64,000 nt of DNA, from assembly GCA_965205945.1 (NCBI GenBank), contig CBDBIB010000002.1:32001-96000 (forward strand), in the 5' to 3' direction. A program made the position numbers and the translations under genes. The stretch is from Bdellovibrionales bacterium. GTDB lineage: Bacteria; Bdellovibrionota; Bdellovibrionia; Bdellovibrionales; UBA1609. The notes under the pieces were generated by a model. The model saw nothing but the letters and a program-made list of their open reading frames with translations, searched no databases and had not been told where the DNA came from. The stretch's first letter is position 1. Every line of letters starts with the position of its first letter. Below, in pieces: positions 10,201 through 18,842 of the stretch.

Positions 10201-13200
10201 ATGAAAATAAATCAATTAAGAGTATCCGTTTTAGTCTTAGGGTTTGGAGCTTTTTTGACTTTTACAGGTTGTGTAAAGCAACATGATAAAAGAGCTGGGC
10301 AGGGTGCGTTAGCCATAGGAGAGAGAAGGTATGCAATTAAAGCAAATACATTGCCTGATAAAAAGGGTCTACAAGTACAAACTTTACAGGGCATGTACCA
10401 GACGGAAACCGAGTATCTTGGTTGTGAACCTGTTGCTAAAAATCAGGTTGTTGGGAACTCAACAACTACAAACAAAGTTGTTGTTGAGTTTTCTGGAAAA
10501 AAAGCGGCCTGTGTAAGAGTTGATGAACTTGAAACTTTAAAAGAAAGACCTCCTGTAACATTACGAGGTTCTTTAGGTACTACTCCTTATTGGATTCAAA
10601 CAAGAAAGGTTCTTAGAAAATCAGGGAGAACACGGGCGTTAGAGGGGGTAGATTCAGATAATGATTCGGGCATTAATTTTTTAGACTTTGTATCGTATTC
10701 AACTAACTCTCCTTTGCTTAATGCTGTTGCCGACAGATTAGAGGTTAGGGCCTTACCAGGTAAGCAGTACAAAATTTATCATAAAATTGCAGCACAAACC
10801 GTGTACATCATGATGGTTGTTCCCAAAAAAGATATGGGACATTTAGACTTTTCATTGTCTGATAATTTAGGAAATGGTGAATATGCTGTTCCATTGGCAT
10901 GGGCAGATATAAGCTTACAAAAACAAGAGTTAAGGCTTAATTCTGACAATGAAAAAACTAATGTTATTCTTTATAATAAAGTAGAGACTCTTTCTCAGGC
11001 TACACATATTGATTTAAATGTGTCTAATCTAAATGAGGTTAAATTAACACAACTTAACAACTTAGAAGATACCTACCCTACAGATTATTTCACCAGTGGT
11101 CAGTGGTATTTTTCTGAATCGGTTGTTGATACTAGGCCAGGAAGTGAAGGTTTTATTGGAACAGTTACAGGTGCTTTTGATACTTCATATAGACCGGCTA
11201 CAATAATTCAGTTTACAGTAAGAACGGAAGGGCTCATTGCCTGTAACGTAAGTATAGATCAAAAATATAGTGATGATCTATACTGTGATAGTTCTGATTC
11301 AGTTTTAACTATTCCAGGTAGCGGGGTTGCCTACGGTCTGCTTCCTAATAATGGGTCAATAAAGGTTTTTAATGTTCAACCTTTAAAAGCTCCATACTTT
11401 AAACTAGAATTAGATTCAACTATTAGTTTAAGAAAGAGTATTGATGAACTATTTTCAGTAATCAGAGATACGAATCAGGATCAGGTTATTAAAGTGAATT
11501 TTCATAAAGATAAATTCTCCTTTATAACTCAAAGGGGGGCTAATGGAAGAAGAATTATGTATTCTTTCTTAAGAACTCAGGGGAGGGCTCCATATGCAGT
11601 AAGAAGGCATCATAAAAATGATAGACAAAAAAGGTTTGGTTATTTTACTCAGATAGTTTCAAAAATAAGATCGTCTGATATTATTTCTAGAGAAGAAGAC
11701 CTTGAAAAAGATTATTTAATACAAAGGCACAATCCAGCTAAGGATATTGTATTTCATTTTAGTAATTTAACTCCAAACTATGAAAAAGGAAAAGACCCCT
11801 ATGGTTTAGAGATTGATTATAGGCAAATTGGCAGAAACTCTGTTGAGTACTGGAACAAGGCTTATGAAAGAGCAGGTTCTCCAAATAGAGTTGTCTTAAG
11901 GGAAAGTGATGCTCCTTTTGGTGATATTGCATACAATACGATAAATTTAATTGACTCTGAAAGAGGAAGTAACCTTTTAGGTGTTGGTCCTTCCTTGGTT
12001 GATCCCTATTCGGGTGAAGTAATTAATGCAAATGCAAATGTTTATATAGCACCTTTTAGAGAGATTATTGCTCTCAGGGTGAGAAATTATATTAAAGCTA
12101 AAACGGGTTTGTTAGATAATGCTGCTAACCAGCTTCCTGTAGGGGCCACACAAAATAGTACCTTATTAGGTGATATGGCCTTTAGTACTTTAGGTATTAA
12201 AGGTATTTTATCAGCAATGGTTCCTGAACGTATAATGACAATAGTAGCAAACCTTTATCATCATAATCCTGTTAATTTTACAACAAGAAAAATTAATGTT
12301 GATGGGTATGGAAATAACTCAGATGAGGTAGTAGACCTCTATAGTCTTACTAAGTTTAATTTTGAAAATTCAATAATTCAGCGTCTTATAAAAGTATCTA
12401 AAAGAATTCCTGAGATGATTTTTTTAAGAGATAAAGGTAAGATCACGTTTAATCCAAGGAGTAGAAAAGACCTTTTAAATTTACAGAAGGCTTTAGAAAC
12501 CTATAGGCCAACTTTTTATAGGTCATACTTTATGTCTGACTCTGCTCTTGCAAGTGATTACAATCCAATGACTAATCAAATTGAAGAAAAATGTGGTGAG
12601 GTTCTTAAACTTGTAGCATTTGTAAATAATAGAGCTGAAAGTGAGAGTGCTCCGGGAAGACTTACAACGGAAGAAGAGCTTCCGGCTCTTAGGCACTGTA
12701 TGACTCAACTTATTCCGGCAACGTTTCAAGCGACTCTTATTCATGAAATAGGTCATACACTTGGACTTAGGCATAACTTTAAAGCAAGTACAGATAAAGA
12801 TAACTTTTTTAACAAAGAAGAGGTTAAAGAACTGTATGGCTTAGATATTCAGGAGCACAACCTTCCAACAACTTCATCTGTAATGGATTATGTAAGGGTT
12901 GAACAAAGTAAACTTATATATCCTGGGCATTATGATATTGCAGCCATTAGGTATGGTTATGCAAATGCTGTGGAAGTTGAATCGTCTGCAAAAAGACCAA
13001 ATAGCTTAAAGGGTAATTATATAAAGCTAGCTCAAGAAAGTATTAAAAGTCTTGATGAAGACTATAAAATTAAGCCTTTTTCTTATTGTACAGATGTTGA
13101 AGCTAGTTTAGAGATCGACCCATTATGTGTAAGGCATGATTTTGGAACTAACCCTAAAATGATTGTTGAAGATACTATTAACTTATTCTGGGAAAGTTTT

Positions 13201-15024
13201 GTTCTTTATAACTTTAAATATGATACAGTAGGGCCTTGGGCTGAAGGGCCTTTTCATAGAGCATCTTATTTAGATAAACTTAAAAGAATGTACACTCAAT
13301 GGAGAATACACCTTGCAAACTATTTAGGTGGAGAAGATTCGACAGGTAATGTTTACCTTCAAAGGTATAGCAAAATTGAATACGAAGCCTTACTAAAGGA
13401 TCTTAAAGTAGATCCAAATTTTAAAGGTAAAGAGTACTTAGCTGTAAGAGATCAAATATTTGATTTTATTATGGATATAGCATTTTTTCCAAATAAATAT
13501 TGCTTAGTACAAACTCCTATTGGCCCGAAGGCTTATGAGTTTAGTAAATTAAAGGAGGAACTTAAAAATCAAGTTCCTAAAGGAGAAAGAATATCTTCAT
13601 GTGAGAATAATTATATGAAAAGCCTTATTGAGTCTAAAGGGTATGTCTACCATTACGAAGCAGGTCTTCCAGTAGATAACCTTTGGTACTTTGTAAATCC
13701 TGAAGATACTTTTGAAGAAGGTATAAGATTTAGGTCATTTAGAGCTCCCCTTGATATAGTGGGGAGTTTTCTTGATAGGTATTTTGCTTCAGCTTTCTTA
13801 GGTGCAAGAAATGCTGGTTATACGGGAGTCTTGGAGAAGATATTTCCTAATATGATGGATGAGCCAGATCTTTATGAAAAATTTGAAGAAAGAATGCTTA
13901 AGAGGTTAACTAAAGGTGTTGATATAAGAAAGGTTTTTGAAAGGGCGAATAAAATAACTCTTCCTCCTGAAGAGCAAGTTAGCTTTGTTCTTTTAAACTT
14001 TGATGCTGAATCAGCACTGCTAAAAGCCCTATGGTTGTCACTAGAGGAGGGTATTAGAAATGAATTTGTTGATAACTCTTTAAAAATTTCTAAATATACA
14101 AGACAAATTACCACTGAGCCGAGTATTATTAATGATGTTCAAGCTAATGGTGGTTTTGCAATGCCGCTTGCTGATGGGTCGACTTTAGTTATTCGTCCTG
14201 AGGCAACAGTTGCATTCTCTCTTGCACAGGCTTTAGTAGGAATTGTTCAAACAATTGAATTTGCAAATCAGCAGATTCCAACCGTAGAGCAGTTAATGCA
14301 GGGTCTTGAGGACTTAGTATTAAAGGCTTCTAAAGATTTAAAAGTTGAAGATGGTACTCAAATTTCTGTTGAACAATACATGACCTTTGCAAGAAGTTTT
14401 AATAAAATTATGATAGATCATCCATTAAAAGATTTTGCATTTCAAAATACTTATTTGTCTGAACTAATTCCCTATTTAGTTTTTTTAAAAGATCCTGAAG
14501 GTATAATTAATCAAGCAATAGCAGCAGGACAAAAACCACCAGCAGATGCGGTAGAGTATGTTGAACGTACAGTGGCGGAGTGGACAGCTAAAGGTATGGA
14601 TAGAGTACTTGTTGAGACTCAGGAGTGGTTAAATAAAAATGGATATAGTCAAATCATTGCTGTTGCACCAACTAAAGACTCTATTATAACTAAGTTTACA
14701 TTGATAGAACAAAGAATTATAGAAGGAATTAAGCAGGCTACACAAGCAAAGGATGTACAGCAAGTATATTTAAAAGTTAATGGCCCTGAGCTTTTTGCAC
14801 AGTACGATCTTTTAAGATCTATATTGATTTATGATTTTTCACAAATTAATACAGATTTACAAATTAGATTTATAGAGCTTTTTGATAATAATAGGGGTAG
14901 AAATTTTTTTAAAACTCTTTCTAAGAATTCTAGATCGGATATAAGATTCTTTGCGCACAAATATCTTAGTCCAAAGGCAATTGCCAAAGCTAAATGGGGT
15001 ATTAAGGTTCCATTTAGTTTGTAA
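10201..15024 (+). CDS. large zinc-dependent metzincin metalloprotease lipoprotein (EcxA/DUF4953-like)
   Basis: Lipobox FTGC; RFGYF; LGVGPSLVDPYSGEVI; HEIGHTLGLRHNF zinc motif; SSVMDY Met-turn; YDIAAIRYGY. Confidence 0.85.
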   Translation: MKINQLRVSVLVLGFGAFLTFTGCVKQHDKRAGQGALAIGERRYAIKANTLPDKKGLQVQTLQGMYQTETEYLGCEPVAKNQVVGNSTTTNKVVVEFSGKKAACVRVDELETLKERPPVTLRGSLGTTPYWIQTRKVLRKSGRTRALEGVDSDNDSGINFLDFVSYSTNSPLLNAVADRLEVRALPGKQYKIYHKIAAQTVYIMMVVPKKDMGHLDFSLSDNLGNGEYAVPLAWADISLQKQELRLNSDNEKTNVILYNKVETLSQATHIDLNVSNLNEVKLTQLNNLEDTYPTDYFTSGQWYFSESVVDTRPGSEGFIGTVTGAFDTSYRPATIIQFTVRTEGLIACNVSIDQKYSDDLYCDSSDSVLTIPGSGVAYGLLPNNGSIKVFNVQPLKAPYFKLELDSTISLRKSIDELFSVIRDTNQDQVIKVNFHKDKFSFITQRGANGRRIMYSFLRTQGRAPYAVRRHHKNDRQKRFGYFTQIVSKIRSSDIISREEDLEKDYLIQRHNPAKDIVFHFSNLTPNYEKGKDPYGLEIDYRQIGRNSVEYWNKAYERAGSPNRVVLRESDAPFGDIAYNTINLIDSERGSNLLGVGPSLVDPYSGEVINANANVYIAPFREIIALRVRNYIKAKTGLLDNAANQLPVGATQNSTLLGDMAFSTLGIKGILSAMVPERIMTIVANLYHHNPVNFTTRKINVDGYGNNSDEVVDLYSLTKFNFENSIIQRLIKVSKRIPEMIFLRDKGKITFNPRSRKDLLNLQKALETYRPTFYRSYFMSDSALASDYNPMTNQIEEKCGEVLKLVAFVNNRAESESAPGRLTTEEELPALRHCMTQLIPATFQATLIHEIGHTLGLRHNFKASTDKDNFFNKEEVKELYGLDIQEHNLPTTSSVMDYVRVEQSKLIYPGHYDIAAIRYGYANAVEVESSAKRPNSLKGNYIKLAQESIKSLDEDYKIKPFSYCTDVEASLEIDPLCVRHDFGTNPKMIVEDTINLFWESFVLYNFKYDTVGPWAEGPFHRASYLDKLKRMYTQWRIHLANYLGGEDSTGNVYLQRYSKIEYEALLKDLKVDPNFKGKEYLAVRDQIFDFIMDIAFFPNKYCLVQTPIGPKAYEFSKLKEELKNQVPKGERISSCENNYMKSLIESKGYVYHYEAGLPVDNLWYFVNPEDTFEEGIRFRSFRAPLDIVGSFLDRYFASAFLGARNAGYTGVLEKIFPNMMDEPDLYEKFEERMLKRLTKGVDIRKVFERANKITLPPEEQVSFVLLNFDAESALLKALWLSLEEGIRNEFVDNSLKISKYTRQITTEPSIINDVQANGGFAMPLADGSTLVIRPEATVAFSLAQALVGIVQTIEFANQQIPTVEQLMQGLEDLVLKASKDLKVEDGTQISVEQYMTFARSFNKIMIDHPLKDFAFQNTYLSELIPYLVFLKDPEGIINQAIAAGQKPPADAVEYVERTVAEWTAKGMDRVLVETQEWLNKNGYSQIIAVAPTKDSIITKFTLIEQRIIEGIKQATQAKDVQQVYLKVNGPELFAQYDLLRSILIYDFSQINTDLQIRFIELFDNNRGRNFFKTLSKNSRSDIRFFAHKYLSPKAIAKAKWGIKVPFSL

Positions 15025-15037
15025 GCTTAAGCAAGAG

Positions 15038-15068
15038 GCCTGAGCAATTTTTTGTTCAGGCTTTTTTA
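15038..15068 (+). terminator. intrinsic terminator between convergent genes
   Basis: GCCTGAGCAA...TTGTTCAGGC hairpin followed by T-tract. Confidence 0.7.
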
Positions 15069-15079
15069 CTTATAAGCTA

Positions 15080-16546
15080 TTATCTTCTAAATGCATGAAA
15101 TTTTTTAAGCCAAGTTATAACTTTTTCAGGCTTGGTTTGATTTTTCCAAGAACTTGCTACATATTTGTTTGCTTCACCTAGAGTAGGGTAGGGGTGGATG
15201 GTGCCCATAATACTGTTTAAACCAAAGTTATTTTTCATTGCTGAAGTTAATTCTAAAAGCATGTCTCCAGCGTTTGTACAAACAATTGTAGCTCCTAGAA
15301 TTTTATCTGTTCCAGGTTTAGTTAAAACTTGTACAAAACCTTTTGTTTCACTTTCAGTAATGGCACGATCTAAGTCATCTAATGAGTAAATTGTTTTAAG
15401 GTATTTAGTGTTTGTACTTCTAGCTTCAGCTTCACTTAAACCAACACTGGCAACTTCAGGGTCTGTAAAAGTTACCCTTGGGACAGCATCATAATTAGCT
15501 TTCTTCTTATAAAAAGGCCTAAATAAAGAATTCACAGCAACATACCAAGCTTGGTGGGCAGCTGTATGAGTAAATTGAAAAGGACCAGCAACATCACCAC
15601 AAGCATAGATATTTTTATATTTTGTTGTTCTTAAATAATCATCAACTTTAATAGTTCCATTTGGATTAAGCTCAATATTAAGTTCTTCTAAGCCTAAGCC
15701 ATTAGTATTGGCCGTTCTACCTATGGCCATAATACAAAGATCAAAAGTGAGTTCTGTTTGAGAGTTGTTTGATTTTATAAAAGCTATGTTTTGATTATTT
15801 ATTTTTTTAAATTTTATAATTTCAGCATTGAGCAAAAGGTGAACACCCTCTTCTTTAAAAGATTCTTGAAGGATTTTAGATACAGCCTCATCTTCTCTTG
15901 CCATTATTCTATGATTTTTTTCAATTTGAGTGACTTTAGAGCCAAGGCGTGAAAAAGCTTGTGCAAGCTCAGACCCAATAGGTCCTCCTCCGATAATTAA
16001 AAGATTTTTAGGAAGTTGAGTGATTTTCCAAAGATTGTCGGATGTTGCAAGGTTAATGTCATTAATTCCAGGTATGGGAGGTATAAAGGGGCTTGCCCCT
16101 GTAGCAATGGTGATATTTTTAGTTGTTAAAATTCTATTATTAACCTTAACTTCCCATGGGGAAAGTATTTTTGCTTCTCCTAAAATACACTTAACACCTA
16201 ATTTTGAGTATCTTTCTACAGAGTCATGAGGTTGAATATCTGCAATTACTTTATGAATACGTTTCATGACGGCTTTAAAATCTAGAAAGGTATTAGATAC
16301 TGTGATTCCATACTTAGAGGCATTTTTAATTTGATGATTTATTTTTGCAGATTTAATGAGAGCTTTTGAAGGAACACAACCTGTATTTAAGCAGTCACCA
16401 CCCATTTTATGTTTTTCTATAAGAGCAGATTTTGCTCCAACAACTGCAGCAATATATGTTGTAACTAACCCTGCAGCACCGGCACCAATTGCTATTTGGT
16501 TATATTCAAATTTTTTAGGTTTTTTATATTTTTTAGACATTAGCAT
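15080..16546 (-). CDS. FAD-dependent pyridine nucleotide-disulfide oxidoreductase (LpdA/MerA-like, VTT-associated type)
   Basis: GAGAAG FAD motif, GGDCLNTGCVPSK redox disulfide, GGGPIG, HPYPT; no MerA C-terminal CC. Confidence 0.9.
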   Translation of the reverse strand: MLMSKKYKKPKKFEYNQIAIGAGAAGLVTTYIAAVVGAKSALIEKHKMGGDCLNTGCVPSKALIKSAKINHQIKNASKYGITVSNTFLDFKAVMKRIHKVIADIQPHDSVERYSKLGVKCILGEAKILSPWEVKVNNRILTTKNITIATGASPFIPPIPGINDINLATSDNLWKITQLPKNLLIIGGGPIGSELAQAFSRLGSKVTQIEKNHRIMAREDEAVSKILQESFKEEGVHLLLNAEIIKFKKINNQNIAFIKSNNSQTELTFDLCIMAIGRTANTNGLGLEELNIELNPNGTIKVDDYLRTTKYKNIYACGDVAGPFQFTHTAAHQAWYVAVNSLFRPFYKKKANYDAVPRVTFTDPEVASVGLSEAEARSTNTKYLKTIYSLDDLDRAITESETKGFVQVLTKPGTDKILGATIVCTNAGDMLLELTSAMKNNFGLNSIMGTIHPYPTLGEANKYVASSWKNQTKPEKVITWLKKFHAFRR

Positions 16547-17220
16547 TTCCTAAAGGGTTTAAGTATTTTAATTAGTTTTTTTGAAGCTATTGGTAAAAGA
16601 CCGAGAGCAGCAAAAGATATAATAAGCACAGGGGATAAAATACCTGATGCAGACTCTAGCTCAGAAAGTCTAGTTCCTGTATTTATATAAAGAATAGTAG
16701 CTGGAAGCATTCCTAGTTGGCTTACCCATATGTAGGTGCTAGTTTTAATTTTGGTTATTCCCATTAATAAATTCACCATAAAAAATGGGAAAATAGGGAT
16801 AAGTCTTAAGCTAAATAAGTAAAAACTACCTTCTTTTTCAATTCCAAGGTTTATTTTGTCTAGATAGGAGGAGAATTTTTTTTCAACCCAGTTTTTAAGC
16901 AAAAACCTTGAACCTAAAAAAGCTAGAGTTGCCCCTATTGTGCTGGCTATAGAGACAACAATAGTTCCAATAAAGATTCCAAAGAGGGCTCCACTTAAAA
17001 GTGTTAAAAAAGAAGCACCTGGAATTGAAAGAATCGTTGAAATTATGTAAATACCACAAAACCCTATGAGCATAAACAAAAAATATTTTTCTTTGTAGAT
17101 TTCTAAATCCCCTTGTATTTCCTTAACCTTTGAAAAACTTAAGTAGTAAAATAGGTCAAAATAGATAATAAGGCCTATTATAATAAGGAGTAATGAGGCT
17201 AGAAGAGCTTTTTTAATAAT
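16540..17220 (-). CDS. TVP38/TMEM64 (VTT/DedA superfamily) membrane protein
   Basis: LSIPGA, GALFG, LRLIPIFPFFMVN motifs. Frame extends upstream of the track start to ATT 17220 behind AAGGA, adding a typical N-terminal TM. Confidence 0.85.
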   Translation of the reverse strand: MIKKALLASLLLIIIGLIIYFDLFYYLSFSKVKEIQGDLEIYKEKYFLFMLIGFCGIYIISTILSIPGASFLTLLSGALFGIFIGTIVVSIASTIGATLAFLGSRFLLKNWVEKKFSSYLDKINLGIEKEGSFYLFSLRLIPIFPFFMVNLLMGITKIKTSTYIWVSQLGMLPATILYINTGTRLSELESASGILSPVLIISFAALGLLPIASKKLIKILKPFRKC

Positions 17221-17361
17221 ACGAAATTCCTTTTTTATAGATTATTGATTTTTATGAAACTTTGAGCAAGAAAGACTAATGAACTAGTTTCATTATAGAG
17301 AGTTGAAAAAGGGTTAATTTTGCCTTAGAGCCTTGTTTTTTAGCCTTTTTAGTATCATAAA

Positions 17362-17380
17362 GATAGTGATAATAGTTTTC
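17362..17380 (+). promoter_or_regulatory. Fur-family box upstream of folE2-fur-uvrA
   Basis: GATAGTGATAATAGTTTTC matches 15/19 of GATAATGATAATCATTATC. Confidence 0.55.
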
Positions 17381-17414
17381 AGATAAGTTTTGATAAATTT
17401 AAGGTGGTTATTAT

Positions 17415-18332
17415 ATGTATTCAGTAAAGAATATGCCAGATATTGTAGAGTCAAAAAATACTCAATTTGACCGGTCCATTGATTGGGTTGGAATGTCTTT
17501 AGTTGAGGCAAGTATTAAAACTCAAGATGGAAGTGTTCCCTGTGAAGTCGATGTTTTTGTTGATTTAAGTGATGTAAAAGCTAAAGGAATTCATATGTCT
17601 AGGCTTTACTTAGCGGTTTCAAAAGAGCTTAAAAGTCGAGCTCTTTCAAAAGAGCTTATTTATGATTTATTAGTAAGACTTATTACTGAGCAACAAGGAA
17701 AATCTGTTCAATCTAGAATAAAAATTAAATTTAATCTTTCAATTATGAGAAAAGCATTAGTGAGTCAAACTTTTGGGGAAAGGCATTATCCTATTGAAGT
17801 AGAGGCTTGTGCGATTAAAGTAGGAGAAGACTATCATTGTGACTTTAATGTAAGTTTTAAAGCTTTGTATTCAAGTACATGTCCTTGTTCAGCAGCTTTG
17901 TCCAGACAGCTTATTCAAGAAAACTGGAATAAATTTACAGAAGATAAGAAAACAGTTACTCCTAAACAGGTTTCTAAATGGCTAAAGCAAGAGTCCTCTA
18001 TGGTGGCCACACCTCATGCACAAAGAAGTGAGGCGTATATAACTTTAAAACCTAAAAACTTTAATGAGATTGTAGTTAAGGAGTGGATTGAAAAATTAGA
18101 AAGAAATGTTTTAAAAACACCGGTTCAAACAGCTGTTAAAAGAGAAGATGAACAGGAATTTGCAAGGCTTAATGGTGCAAACCTTATGTTTTGTGAAGAT
18201 GCAGCAAGAAGAGTGGCTAGTTGGTTAGATAATGACGATGAGATTTTAGCTTATTGTGCTAGAATGGAGCATAGAGAGAGCCTTCATTCTCATAATGCTG
18301 TTAGTGAAATTTCTAAAAATTGGAGGACTTAA
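17415..18332 (+). CDS. folE2: GTP cyclohydrolase I type 2 (FolE2)
   Basis: KGIHMSRLY, YSSTCPCSAALS, HAQRS, VKREDEQEFA, NLMFCEDAAR, ESLHSHNA. Confidence 0.95.
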   Translation: MYSVKNMPDIVESKNTQFDRSIDWVGMSLVEASIKTQDGSVPCEVDVFVDLSDVKAKGIHMSRLYLAVSKELKSRALSKELIYDLLVRLITEQQGKSVQSRIKIKFNLSIMRKALVSQTFGERHYPIEVEACAIKVGEDYHCDFNVSFKALYSSTCPCSAALSRQLIQENWNKFTEDKKTVTPKQVSKWLKQESSMVATPHAQRSEAYITLKPKNFNEIVVKEWIEKLERNVLKTPVQTAVKREDEQEFARLNGANLMFCEDAARRVASWLDNDDEILAYCARMEHRESLHSHNAVSEISKNWRT

Positions 18333-18835
18333 TGGAAAGTAATAAAAGAGAAATACTTTTACCAGATTTAGTCAGAGGACAGCAGAATCCTAAAGAAGAA
18401 TTAATAAGTAGAGAGGTTTTAGATGCTAAAACTTCTAAGCGTATGATTAGAGAAATGGGCTTAAAGGTTACAAAGCAAAGAATGGTTATATTAGAAGGGC
18501 TTAATACTGGTCGTGCTCACGTTACAGCTCAGGAAGTGTATGAATCAGTTAACGAAAAACATCTTGAAATTGGTTTTGCAACTGTATATAGGTTTTTAAG
18601 AAAATTAACGGAACAAGGTTTTGTAACAGAACTGCGAATGGGTGGGCTTCCTGCAAGATATGAACTCACTCCGAAAAAACACCATGATCATTTAACTTGT
18701 ACAAATTGTGGTAAGATTGTTGAATTTGAAAACAATCAAATTGAAAAACTGCAAGAAGAAATAGCAACAAGTTATGATTTTATTCTTACAGATCATGTGT
18801 TAGAGCTTTATGGAGTTTGCAGCTATTGTAAATAA
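18332..18835 (+). CDS. fur: Fur-family metalloregulator
   Basis: GLKVTKQR, ATVYRFL, HHDHLTCTNCG, YGVCSYC; start ATG 18332 overlaps folE2 stop (TAATG) with GGAGG RBS. Confidence 0.9.
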   Translation: MESNKREILLPDLVRGQQNPKEELISREVLDAKTSKRMIREMGLKVTKQRMVILEGLNTGRAHVTAQEVYESVNEKHLEIGFATVYRFLRKLTEQGFVTELRMGGLPARYELTPKKHHDHLTCTNCGKIVEFENNQIEKLQEEIATSYDFILTDHVLELYGVCSYCK

Positions 18836-18842
18836 ACACTAT

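Noticed and set aside
15080..16546. Mercuric reductase merA
   Set aside because: No C-terminal cysteine pair, no metal-binding N-domain, no mer genes nearby
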